From the NCBI RefSeq assembly GCF_022045235.1, contig NW_027266319.1, positions 27,404,001 through 27,468,000 of the forward strand: a DNA stretch of 64,000 bases. Direction: 5' to 3'. Below the pieces are notes generated by a model that saw nothing but the letters and a program-made list of their open reading frames with translations, was not told the origin of the DNA and ran no database searches. This DNA comes from Haliotis cracherodii (taxonomy: Eukaryota). Every line of letters starts with the position of its first letter. Positions within the stretch are counted from its first letter, which is position 1. The translations under genes were made by a program, and so were the position numbers. Positions 25,519 through 37,692 of the stretch are shown here, in pieces.

Positions 25519-26545
25519 TCTTGTAGCCGTAATAACTTATCGTAGTGGGTGGATAAACGTTTTTTAGCTGCTTTTAAAATGTTCATTCCATATGGTGTGA
25601 AGGGCATCAACTTTAGGTTTATCACTTTGTACCCGGAATCGAACCCGGAATATGCCTTTGGCGTGTAGAACCGACGCCTTAACCAACAGGCTTCCACGTT
25701 AGTACTTGTCAACAAAATGTGAAACAAGATATTGATATTCATGTTATAGGAAAAAAGAAAAACACAAACTAAACGTTGAATAAATATAACACTGTTGGGC
25801 ATTTTCTGTGACTAAACAATATTTTCTTATTTTGACAAGACATCAGCAAGATATACAAAGTTTAGTGTACAAATCCAGTGCAACGTTGTACAAAAGGCAA
25901 CAGCATTATGGCCATACAGAAATAGAACGGCCCTGAGTGGCGTACAGCAAGGGATAATACTATGTCCCCCTTCATTAGTGTAAATACTGTCATTAACTGA
26001 TATCCGTCTAATGAAAAAGGACTAACAGTGGTTTTATGTTGGCAATGATAATCAATACGATCATAAAGTCTCATATTGATGTCTGATTATAACCTTGTAC
26101 ATGTTGTATGGTATCAGCGGATCTCATGTGTCGGTGGTCATTCTCTGTACTGGTGGATATTAAACACTGGCGCCTACTTTAGTTGTGGGTTGCGCTGTGA
26201 ATAATTCATAGGCAATGCTGTGTAAGAGGGACTGGCAGATTTACAGCTGTGATGGACACCGGGTACTAGCACGTTGTACACACAACAAGTAATCACAAGT
26301 GTATTTGAAACTGTATTCCTTACAACATACAATAAAAAGGGGCGTTAGAGCCCTGGTATCATGTCCACTCTGGATCTGGATGCTGTAATGGCCTGTGTCC
26401 AATTGAACCATCGTGTCTGTCATGTGTTGGTGAGCATCGTAACTGGTGCTGTAACTCTAACCGTTACTGTATCTAATGCCACAAGCACTATAATTGCTAC
26501 TATATATTATATATATGGCTGTTAGTACTGTAATTGCTACTGTGT

Positions 26546-26725
26546 ACAGACGGGTCACTCTGTCCAGGCGTCCAACCCAGACCCAGGTATACAGTATACA
26601 GACGGGTCACTCTGTCCAGGCGTCCAACCCAGACCCAGGTATACAGTATACAGACGGGTCACTCTGTCCAGGCGTCCAACCCAGACCCAGGTATACGGTA
26701 TACAGACGGGTCAGTCTGTCCAGGC
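26546..26725. repeat. 52-bp tandem repeat x3.4
   Basis: ACAGACGGG starts at 26546, 26598, 26650 and 26702. Confidence 0.95.
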
Positions 26726-27539
26726 CACTAGTGTATGCATCGCCTGTATGTCACAGTGCCCTAATTGGCAGTGGCTGCCGGCAGGTTATAAAGGTATACA
26801 GAGAGTATTTACGCAACACCGGCCGCTGTTAGAATCGCTTCAATGCTAATCTCCCGTCGTTATTTGTACAGTGATCATTGAACACCGGGATTCAGTTTGG
26901 TGTGAGAGACTTGGGAATTTGGCTACAATACATTGGAAAGTTCTGTTGGGAATTCTTGCCAGGAAAAGAAAAACCTTGTGTGTCAATATTTGCCGAGCGA
27001 TCCGACACACTGCCCTTGGATTTATTCCGAGTATTGTATTGAAGTTATTGAGTTGTAGTAGAATGATCAAGAGCGAACAAAGGATTTAAGAATGTGTATT
27101 AATGTTCTTATGGGCAACATTTGCATTGTGTAATGGATCGATTGTCGAGCTGTCATGATTTAATGTACTTTATGTTTGATCTGAATCAGATACGGTGCAG
27201 CATGGCAGAACTTATTCCCATTAACTCGATCTATCATCCAGAACTGGCTTCCACGGGAGATATCCTCCTGGAGATATCGCTGTTATGAAATTGCATCACA
27301 ATGCTGGCACCACTGTGACCTCTCTTACCATGACGTCACAACCACATGACATCATTAATTATTACTGTTCACATACTGACAAAGTTGAAAGATTTACGAT
27401 GTTTAGTCCAACTCACCCTGGTGTGTTTTGAGATCACATATGTCAACAATATTGGTTGAGATTCTCCACATAACGGTTACTCCCATGTAACTTTATTGTT
27501 AAAGTAGAATCCCCAGGAACATGGTCTAATGTCGGCACT

Positions 27540-27742
27540 TAGACTAACATCTAGTCTCTGAAATGAACATATCGTACAGAAAAAAAACAGTTGTTCAGTT
27601 ATCTTAATAAAAATATAATAAAGGGGAGCCCAGTGACTCTCTTCATTTTCAGATGCTGCAGTAATCTAGACTTGCCAAACATTATAGACTTGCATGGGCT
27701 GTATTTGATATATATTTGTATTAGGGACTGTAAGACAGACTA
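27540..27742 (+). mobile_element. Academ(H)-type non-autonomous DNA transposon
   Basis: TAG...CTA termini; 9-bp TSD GTC(G/A)GCACT at 27531-27539 and 27743-27751. Confidence 0.8.
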
Positions 27743-27817
27743 GTCAGCACTCTGCTTGTCTCGAGCTACAGATGACTTCATCTATTTTGGAAGGATGTGA
27801 TTACGACTCTCATATTC

Positions 27818-28088
27818 AGATATGAAGAAAATGAATAAGGAATGTAAATATGATCAACAATGGTTTGATAGCGAATGCCAGCTACTTAAAAAGGAGCGCT
27901 GTAGACGTTTAAATAATTTTAGAAAGAATAAGGATAGAGGATCACTAACCGACTATAATAGAGTAAGAAATCAGTACAACGATGTTTGTAGGAAAAAAAA
28001 GACAGAATATTTCGAACAAAAACAGAAACTGTTGGAATCAAGCATAGCCTTTGGCCTCATAAGTACCATGAATAAAGATTGATTGATT
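27818..28088 (+). mobile_element. LINE remnant (CR1/L2/RTE-X-type ORF2 linker fused to 3' tail)
   Basis: Peptide QWFDSECQLLKKE...YNRVRNQYNDVCRKKKTEY is the EN-RT linker motif; AATAAA(GATT)n tail; 13-bp TSD GACTCTCATATTC at 27805-27817 and 28089-28101. Confidence 0.85.
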
Positions 28089-29084
28089 GACTCTCATATT
28101 CGAATATACGAATCTCTAAGCAACAATTATAAATGTAAATAATATAAGTTGTATAAAAAATAAGAACAATTTGTCGTTATAAAAGACTGGCGTACTGTCT
28201 GCTTATCGAGACTTGCCTATTATAAGGATATTATTACTAAACATCCATGGACTTATCATTCAGTACAGCCTTGGAGCAAGGCTAATGGTACATGATACGT
28301 ATTGAAATGTCGTGTCTTCCCATCTCTTTGCTGCAGTGTTCTCACGAAGACGTTCTCCCCTCCCACTCTCACAATATATTGTATATAGTATGTTTTCACA
28401 TTTAAATTTAATTCCTGTTACCATTTCCCTGACACATCCTCCTACTCTTCACGTCAGCTGTCAGGCCTACAGTGTTTACATTCCCGCCAGACAGTCACGT
28501 GGCACAGGCAGTCTTAGCGTCCCAACTCTGACATTTGCACTTCCTGCGAACCCTCTGTGATATAAACACATATCGCTTCTGTTTCACGTATTGTGTCCAT
28601 GTTTATGGCTCTATCGAATTCTTACCAGCCCTGGACATGGGTTTCTATCACCGGTACATCAGCTGGTGTTCATTACATCGTGTGACAGAGCAGCCTCGGA
28701 ACATGTATAATTTACTTTAGTCACCGGTATTTTAACAGTCCCCATATTTCTAGTATACATCAAGAGTTGCGGTCCTTAGCACTGCGAGGATCCTCTGGTC
28801 GATCCTCGCTGGTCGTGGGTTCGAATCCCAAAGTCGCATGTATTATGTTTATTGGACTGTCAACACCATATCAAGAATCGAAACTAAGATTCTGAAGGGG
28901 GTGGGGTGTGGTGTGTGGTGTGTGGGGCGTGGTGTTTGATTCATATTTGGAATGTTAACGTCAGTAGGGGTTTAGTTCAGTAAATCGTTGAATACATACA
29001 TACAATTCGTCTGTTGTTAAATAATACAGTGTATGTCATGGGGACCGTATTATATTTTGATGTTTTAAAAAGTCCCATGACCCT

Positions 29085-29380
29085 GAGATATAGAGAATCT
29101 CACCCGAGTGTCTTTTGATATCAAATATATCAACACGAGTTGATAAAAAGGAAAAACTCCGAGGCTAGCCGAGGATTTGTTTCAACGAGTGTTGATATAC
29201 TAGTATTTGATATCAAAAGACACGAGGGAGAGACTTTATTTATCATCCAACATCACTTTTCAGTTTGCAGAAAGTAAAAAGCAGTGTCTAAGTGTAAAAA
29301 GTACTGGTAACAGCTTCAGTAGCAGAGCCATTTGATGTCATTTGATTGTGACGTCATGGTAACAAATGACGTCACAATGG
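29085..29380. mobile_element. Palindromic non-autonomous element, Crypton-like
   Basis: Perfect 20-bp inverted repeat at 29108-29127 and 29204-29223 around central CCGAGGCTAGCCGAGG, followed by clustered TGACGTCA motifs. Confidence 0.55.
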
Positions 29381-29414
29381 TCTACAAAGCATTGTGATGC
29401 AATTTCATTGCAGC

Positions 29415-29763
29415 GATATCTACAGAACCTTTCTCGTGCCCAGTTGATTCCTCAGAATATTCTCAACTCTCTCATAGGAGTTGCCGACTGTATTGGCAAT
29501 GTGATGTTTGGCGAGTCTTTCGTCATCCACAATAATGTCGTGCAACATTATCCTTACTGGTGTCAGTTGAAGGGGATCCCGATCTTGAATCATCTTCGAG
29601 ACTCTCTCCTACCCTCTTTAACTTCGCTGCCCACCTCGTAACAGTTGCAAAGGAAGCAGCAGGATCCCCCAAATTTGACATCAAGTCCGCACGGATGACC
29701 GTTGGAGATGTATAGCCCTTTCAGTTGGAGATACTTGATGACAGCACGGTAGCCAATTTTGTC
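29415..29763 (-). pseudogene. mariner transposase N-terminal (HTH) fragment; element 5' region extends to about 30078
   Basis: Frameshifted translation DKIGYRAVIKYLQLKGL/SPTVIRADL..SFATVTRWAAKLKRVGESLEDDSRSGSP../DDERL..IANTVGNSYERVENILRNQLGTRKV matches the mariner N-terminal consensus. Confidence 0.9.
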
Positions 29764-29784
29764 AGATCTCAACAGAGAATACCT

Positions 29785-29940
29785 GAGCAGAAATAATTTT
29801 TGGATCACAACTTCTTGCTTAAAAACGGTATTAGGATCTACACCGAAACGTCGCCTTTACAGTAATTAAAGAACTTGTTATCCATAAATTGTGTCTACTT
29901 TGTCATCTGTCAACTTCTAAGTGATGCCTATCAAACAATT
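29785..29940 (+). mobile_element. 156-bp Penelope pLTR-like insert with decayed hammerhead
   Basis: 12-bp TSD CAGAGAATACCT at 29773-29784 and 29941-29952; GGT..ACC GAAACGTC; downstream homology to the 52740-52860 element. Confidence 0.7.
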
Positions 29941-30090
29941 CAGAGAATACCTAGTCACTTCGATGTCTACAAAAAATATGCTGGTTGTGTATTTGTTTCA
30001 AACGCAGTCTGCAGGCATGGAAAGTGTTGTATTAAAATACATGCTAAGTGTTAAGGGTGTACCATACATCGTTCGTAGTTAGGGCCCACT

Positions 30091-30258
30091 TAGACTAACA
30101 TATAGTCTCTGAAATGAACATATCATACAGAAAATAAGAATATAATAAAAAGGGAGCCCAGTGATTCTCTTCACTGCAGTAATCTAGACTTGCCAAACAT
30201 TATAGACTTGCATGGGCTGTAGTTGATATAAATGTATCAGGGTCTGTAAGACAGACTA
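30091..30258 (+). mobile_element. Academ(H)-type non-autonomous DNA transposon
   Basis: TAG...CTA termini; perfect 9-bp TSD GGGCCCACT at 30082-30090 and 30259-30267; near-identical to the 27540 copy. Confidence 0.85.
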
Positions 30259-31144
30259 GGGCCCACTTTTCAGTTGTGTTCTCGTGGGTAAATGTAATAA
30301 CGGTCCTGACGGACGTTCTCCCCGGAGATGAAATCACTGATATGGACACGTCATGCTGCATGACACACATTGCGGGGAGACATTGCTGGATAGCGTGCCA
30401 TGTCCTATTTACTCACCGTCGTGGCCGTGGTCCATTCACGGTTACACTTGCAATCACTGTCACACACAACCTGTCACAGTTGCTGCCTGAACTGGTGTGT
30501 CTGTAGCAGCTATGGTGACTGTGTTGTCACTTCCATAGCTGGACCCAACCCCATGATGTATTACTATAAGCGGCGTAAAACCACACTCACTCACTCAGTC
30601 ACTGTTCTACATTTTCACTTCAGGCGCACACGTGGTTTCTTTGTTGGTGTTTTGAAAAAAAGATGTTCTCTCTTTTAGAAATAATGTGTAGGTCATTGTA
30701 CAAATCAGCTGGTATCTGCATTCGCCCGGTTCTGCATCAATACCATATACAGTATACCTTCCCGACTAGCATAACAAAGGCGGTTGTCTGACAGGGCATA
30801 CAGACATATCTTCACTCACACTCCTGTGATATAGTTTGTTCTTTGATTTGCGTTCGACCAGAATAAGACGTGAATTTTTTAATCCTAAAATATATCCAAT
30901 AGTTATGCCTTTATGAAATATAAAAAAATAGTGTAATCTTCAAAGTAATGTATCACCGAACGGAGACATTAACTACTATAACTGATACATCTTGTAGCAC
31001 TGGCATGGTGCTGATCATAATCGGGATGAAAGTGGGGTTCGAACCCATTACTGGTGAGTCCTGAAAACAAAAGCGACAAAATCCTTTCCATATTCAAAAG
31101 AAATCTCTGCTATAAGTGTCGATTGTACTATTTCGGCTACATCA

Positions 31145-31870
31145 TGAGCATCACGCCAGAAACCTGATTGTGGGTTCGAATCCCGGTTCGCCCCGATTAT
31201 GTTTCTTGGTTTGTCAGCAACATACCCGTGTTCGTTGGTATCACCGAAGTGGTAAACGAGTGGAGACCTGCATCACTTCGGGATTTCCTCCAACATTAAG
31301 CTGACACGCCGTGATATAACTGGAATACAGTTAAAAGCGGCGTTAAACCCAACTCACTCACCCATTTACCTTCAATGATCCGCTAATCTTGTGTTCGAAT
31401 CCCATATTCTCTGCCAGTAGCACCAACTGAACCATACCAGTGCTCATAGCTTTCACCTGAACGGTAAACGTCTATTACATGTGCCACTTTCTCCCACATC
31501 AAGCTGACACGCCGTGATATTACGGACATATTGTTAACATCTGCATTATATCAAACCCGTGTCTGTCAATAATATTTTGTGCAGATATTACATCATTACC
31601 CCGTTGTGGGCGCGGGTGGCCGATTCGTCTAAGGTGTCACAATTCGCTGAGCATAGTTACGTCCCTTATATGTGTTGGAAATCTATGATCGTGGGTTCGA
31701 ATCCCAGATTCGCCCTGGTTATGTTTCTAGATTTGTCAGCACCATGCCCATGCGTGATGGGTTCACAAAAATAATAATCGTAATTGATCTGTATCACTTT
31801 AGACCGTCCTCCCAGTTGACACGCTATGATGTAACTGGATTGTATTCAAAGCGGCGTTAACTCACTAACC
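31145..31870 (+). mobile_element. Cluster of three family C SINE copies (about 31145-31362, 31392-31557, 31608-31870)
   Basis: Three GTTCGAATCCC B-boxes, each followed by the family C body and tail. Confidence 0.85.
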
Positions 31871-32465
31871 CATAACGTCAAACAAAGGGGCTAAAACCTC
31901 GCTCAGCTCATCATGAAATACCAGGTCAAGGTGACAAAACTTTGTGGCGAGGTGTCGTTCCATGTACCAGCGTCACGTGTTATGTTGATTTCAGCAAGCG
32001 ACATGCAATATACATTATATTACACCCCACAGAGACAGTGCACCACGTGCATCGAGTGATATATACAGCATGTGAAGGTTGTAGCCAGATCACATAACGG
32101 TTCTCAGGGACAGCTGTCACAATGGGGTAATTTACTCGGTCAACTTGCCCTATTGTTTTTATGTTTGCTGTGCGATATTGTGTGGCTGCATCTACCCTAT
32201 TGTTCCTGTTGCAAGTCTTTATCTATTTTAGACCTTCTAGAATGATTCAATATTTTGATGTGTTTAATATAGTTAAATTGAGTTATAAAATTGAACCAAT
32301 ATCATCGTAAGGATATGGGCCAAATGGCTTTCAAAAGAAACACTGATTAAAAATGTGATTGAGTTTCTGTGTCAGAGTGTACCTCTTACATCGATATGAA
32401 CACGTATTGTGGATGGGTTGAGCGTTGTGGCTTTTTTCGTAGTTCGGGTTTTTTCCTATACATAC

Positions 32466-32630
32466 GGGGCGTTTGGGTGGCATAGTGATTAAAGCGTTCG
32501 CTCTTCACGCCGAAGGCCCGGGTTCGATTCCCCACCTGGGTCCAATGTGTAAAGCCCATTTCTGGAGTCCATCGCCGTGATATTGCTGGAATATTGCTTA
32601 AAGCGGGGGTTAAACCATACTCACTCACTC
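32466..32630 (+). mobile_element. Family A SINE
   Basis: GGGGCG..AAAGCGTTCGCTCTTCACGCCGAAGGCCCGGGTTCGATTCCC..GCCGTGATATTGCTGGAATATTGC..(ACTC)n. Confidence 0.9.
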
Positions 32631-32703
32631 GTAGACATGCGTTTATAAAGACTGTCCACGGATGGAGAAATGTAGGTAGACAATTGTCTATGTCTGCAGC
32701 AAT

Positions 32704-32940
32704 CCGCGGGGATTCCGGATTAGCATAGGTCCCTAGCAACCTGTGTTAGTAAGAGGCGACCTAATGGATCGGGGCTCAGGTTTGGTGACTTGGTTGATTG
32801 CTTGTCATCGTACCCCGACAACGTGAATCGTTGCTCATGATATCAATCACTGGATTGTGTTATCCAGATTCGATTATTCACAGGTCGACGTCATGTATCC
32901 GAAAAGTTGCCGAGTGCGGCGTTAAACAACAAACAAACAA
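32704..32940 (+). mobile_element. Family B, older diverged subfamily copy
   Basis: Head GGGGATTCC..GGTCCCT..GTAAGAGGCGAC; shared tail and (CAAA)n. Confidence 0.85.
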
Positions 32941-33053
32941 TCAATAAGACAAGAAATATTCCTGTCGCATATGTTTGGAATTCGTATTTGACACCGAGTA
33001 ACGTATTTCGTTTTGATGAAATAGCCCTTGACACCATGTATAGTTATAATTAA

Positions 33054-33325
33054 CCAGTGAAGATCCGAGGTAGAATAGGTCTTCAGCAACCCATGCTTGC
33101 CGTAAAAAGGCGACTATGCGTGTCATGAGAGACGACTAACGGGATCGGGTGGTAAGGCTCGCTGACTTGGTTGATGCATGTCATCGATCCCAATTGCGTG
33201 GATCGATGCTCATGATGTAAATCACTGGAATGTCTGGTCCAGACTCGATTATTGACAGACCGCCGTCATATAGCTGAAATTGAAATATTGCTGAGTGCGA
33301 CGTTAAATAACAAACAAACAAACAA
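33054..33325 (+). mobile_element. Family B full-length copy
   Basis: CCAGTGAAGATCCGAGGTAGAATAGGTCTTCAGCAACCCATGCTTG... through to the (CAAA)n tail. Confidence 0.92.
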
Positions 33326-33374
33326 ATTAATAGTCATATCTATTTTGTGCACTGGTTATCTTGTTTCTTCTTAA

Positions 33375-33376
<2 letters not shown>

Positions 33377-33428
<52 letters not shown>
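33377..33428. repeat. (TA)n microsatellite
   Basis: Read directly from the sequence. Confidence 0.99.
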
Positions 33429-33430
<2 letters not shown>

Positions 33431-35033
33431 ACATACGCGTTTCGTTCCAACAGAGGATAGACTGCGCACATAGGATGAAGTTAGAGAAGCACCCTACAAT
33501 CACCCACCTTTCTTTCATATTTGGGCTACACAATAAACAGTCATGCTTCAAACTACTAAAAACAAATCTAAGGTTTCATTGTTTAAAAATCTATGATTCT
33601 CACTTTTCAAACAACGGAGTAGTCTCCCTTTGCTTTATGGGCACAGCTTTCCCATGAAATTACGTTTTCCATGTTACGTTTAAGAAATGTTTATGTTTCT
33701 GAATTAATATTCTTAACAAAACAGTCACATATACTCGGGTCACAGGGGTGATTATTTACACGCTACCTGATATTTCCGCACGTCTATTCCTAGCTTGTGT
33801 CGTGACCCGGCGTATTTGCTGCCCCTCCAGTAATGTCTCAGGCACGATGAAGGCAGAAACGACAACAACCACTCACAGGGCCGTAACGTAGTTTTTCCTT
33901 TGCTTCATTCAAACCATATTTTAATGTTTCCCATGTATTTACTCACGACATTTCCCGTCGCGGGACTTAGGATGTTCAACCCCCGTTGTCGGAAGTCGAC
34001 CATATGCCTCGCACGTGTTACCTACTGGGCCACCTACCGGCACGCCCTCTAGCGGCCATACAGTCATACTCTCGTTCTCACGACTCTGAATTGAGAGGGC
34101 TACTTACGTCGTCATGCGATACGAGAAACAGTACTACTACCAATTACAGACTGTTTAAGAGAGAGCATTGGTATAATTGGATGTTTAGTGGGAAATCTTA
34201 CACCGCTGGTGGTCATCGCTGAAAGTTTAAGACTTTGTACATGACTGCTTACTCTGGAACAAGAAACATCAGTAGTGTTTGGCTTGGCTATTGTAAAGTT
34301 GCATGCAGTGCATATGATACGCATTATTCCTGTCTATTATGGAAGCAGGAAGTAGCCGACTATTGATATTTTAATATAGCTTCTATTGTGGTTGGATACG
34401 GGACTGTTGCATAGTATCAATGTGCATTTTTTTATGTGATCACCGTGCAGGTGTTGACGCTGTCGCGGTGTGTTGAGGGTGAAGACGGTGCTGTCGCGGT
34501 GTGTTGGAGTTGAAGACGTCCGTGTCATCAGGTACGAACTGTCACCTGAGACTGTTCAATTGCCCTTGCAAAACCGCCGGACGTAGTGGCCGACTTAACT
34601 TCAAGCCTTGTGTTGAAACGGTGTTCTTTTCACCACTTGACCTGTCAGTCACTGCCACGGGCACATTGACATAGTGTACATAACGACATGTAGGGTGTGT
34701 CTATTTCATGTTTGTGTCATGTGTATATCTGTACATGTCGTTTCACATTGAACAAGAAGACGCAGGACCACATCGCACACCTGTCGGATCGTAACTGTAA
34801 TACCTGTTAATAAGGAACCTGGATAACACGGACACGAGGTGAACACATTTAAGGACGATTTACTAACCGGAACGTGTTCGGTCACACCACGTGTGTGTTT
34901 TATGCGTGTAAACAAAACCCATCCATATCAAGGATATAGCGACACTGAGAGGCCAGTGCACTTATTCTCTGGACCTGTCACCAGTTCCCACCTGTATACA
35001 AGAAACCTGGGTTAAACGGACACTGCTTTTAAA

Positions 35034-35103
35034 ATGGAGAAACGGCATTCGAAATCCCGATTGTCACGTAGTTTGTCGTTTCTACGTAGATCCAAGCATG
35101 AAG
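35034..35103 (+). CDS. Candidate alternative first coding exon 1b (MEKRHSKSRLSRSLSFLRRSKHE + phase-1 intron)
   Basis: Kozak AAAATGG, 70 nt open, consensus donor AAG|GTAAGT at 35104; protein-like basic amphipathic sequence; unique CpG-containing upstream DNA. Confidence 0.6.
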
Positions 35104-35681
35104 GTAAGTAAGCGTATGTCTAGTTAAGGAGATTCATTTCTTTAGTGTGTACACTACAGGACGAGCCACGATCGAGAGATGAAATCGAACCAGGCATTTC
35201 AATGTGAATATCAGCCATTGTCCGATTCTGTTTAAATAGGTTTCGATTTCCCTGTCTATTCTGATACGCTGTGTTATTCAACACGCATTAATCATTCCTC
35301 GAGCTGGTCCTCACCTGTCTAAGTGTTGCGTCAACAAATACATCGTCCGCCATAACTGGCGTGTTTGATGCATGGTATTTGACACGCGGGCACAACTCAC
35401 AGCCGAACTCCTTGCGGAGAATGTAAACAAACCTCACGTCAAGGATCATAGCACTCTTGAAAAAAATGTTTACAGAATTTGTGGCGCGGTGCAAAGAAAT
35501 AGATAAATACGTGGAAAGGGTTCAAGCCACAAGTTTCAGCACTGAAGAGGATGTAGAATCGATTTCTGGGGCGGCATGCTAGTCAAGTGATGGGGTGAAT
35601 TTATTAGTGAATTCGCATGTGCATAACAAGTGAGGAAGACAATATCGTCTTTGAACCATCGCTATAGTGTCCATTATCTTG

Positions 35682-35684
<3 letters not shown>

Positions 35685-35746
<62 letters not shown>

Positions 35747-35912
35747 GAACTAACATTTAGTGCCAGAGTATCTTATTAACTTATTTTATTATCTTAATTT
35801 AAATTGTATATCTTCAAAATAAATTGCAAACGAGGCCCAAAAGCGCTCAGGCAATCTAGACTTGCCAAATAATTCTAACTTGAGTTGGAATCATTTTTAT
35901 AAATTGTGTGCG

Positions 35913-35991
<79 letters not shown>
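35685..35991. repeat. Two (TG)n microsatellites (35685-35742, 35921-35991)
   Basis: Read directly from the sequence. Confidence 0.98.
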
Positions 35992-35995
<4 letters not shown>

Positions 35996-36403
35996 ATCGA
36001 CAGTACGATGTCATATCGACGGTCAAATGTCATATCGACAGTATACGATAGTACATTGACAGTACGACAGTATGGTGTTATATCGACAGTACGATGTTTT
36101 TTTTATTGACAGTACTATATTATATCGACAGTACTATATTATATCGAAAGTATGATGTCATAGCGACAGTATGATGATATATCGACAGTACGATGTCATA
36201 TCGACAGGGCGATATTATATCTACAGTACGATATTATATCGACATTATGAAGTCATATCGACAGTATGATATTATATCCACAGCACGATATTATATCGGC
36301 TGTACGATGTTGTATATAGACAGTACGATATTATATCGACAGTATGATGTTACATCGAAAGTATGGTGTTATATCGACAGTACGATGTTATGTCGACAGT
36401 ATG
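35992..36403. repeat. ~20-bp minisatellite ATATCGACAGTACGATGT(C/T)
   Basis: About 20 degenerate copies. Confidence 0.92.
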
Positions 36404-37692
36404 GAACTACAGATAACTCGATATTTGTACATTCCCGAAGTACGAAGCGAGGTGTCACTGTGTCGTCAGATAGCGTTAAACATATAAGTAATAATCCACA
36501 CACGTAACCTTTTATGAAATAAAATCGATATATTTCACATATAGATGTGAATAATGTTAATAACCATAGACTGAAATCTTATTAAAATGTACAAATACGA
36601 TGAAAGATAATTAAAAAAAATAAGACCACAAGTGGGTCCGGTAAAAACCTCCGGATAAAGTATATTAAGGTAATGCATGTCCGTAAAATCCGGAACCCGT
36701 TCTGGCTCGTTTGTTCCAAACTCCCCATTACGCCACAAACAGCCGGAAACAATTATGCTTAACTGCACGTAGACAGATGTGATCAGGTTAGAAAAACAGT
36801 CGACGGATGCCGTGGTCTCTGGATCTGGTACATATAGAATGTAATATGCATGCACGGTGATTATCTCAATTTATCTGTAAATGTAAATATGAAGATAATT
36901 GCTTCTGTGGCTAACATTCCGAGGAAGTGTTTCGATGATAGGTGTCACTGTATGCTTGTCGTCACACGCTCTTATAGATATACATGCTTTCAGGATTTGT
37001 ATATGATTTGACTTGATATTCAGCAATGCTACATTCTGTATCTGAATATGGATCCGTTATCTAGTCGGAATCCCGAAAATGCTTCCATTAATCTCATTCA
37101 ACGCTACAATCAAGCGCGCCCCGTCTACTGTTGTTTGATAAATGGCAGGAGAAGCAACTGTTGAGAGCATGGCTTGTCTTGCGTGATTACGTACCTCGTG
37201 TTATGCGTCGGAATTTAGCATTAGCAGGAAAACGCTGAAACTTTCTTTCTTTTTCCACCCCACTGTTATCTTACCCCGACATTTTGTTGTTGTTTTGGGC
37301 TTGAAGGGCGACATCTGTCAGGAAACCGAACGTGAAGTTGAAAGGGAGTTAATCGTGTTCTTGTAACAGTAACACATGCTTGTGTTGATAGGTGAATTCC
37401 TGGCCCCCGACCTTCATGTAGGGCCCCAAGGGTGCAGTCAGCTGTGAGAAAATGCTGTCCAATAATCGGAAGTCTGAGTTTCTGTGTAGGAAATGTAGAT
37501 TGTGTCGTTCTATTGTATTCTTTAATTACGATGCACTCCAGAAGAAAATCTTAACCTGAAACCGGGAGTGGCTCGTGTGATAGATTTACAATTTATCCAT
37601 AAAAGCACCGTGAGGGATTCCACGCTAGTTTGTCTCACAGTCCCTGAACCATATTAAGATAAGATATATTTAGTGCAAACATTTACTTCCGT

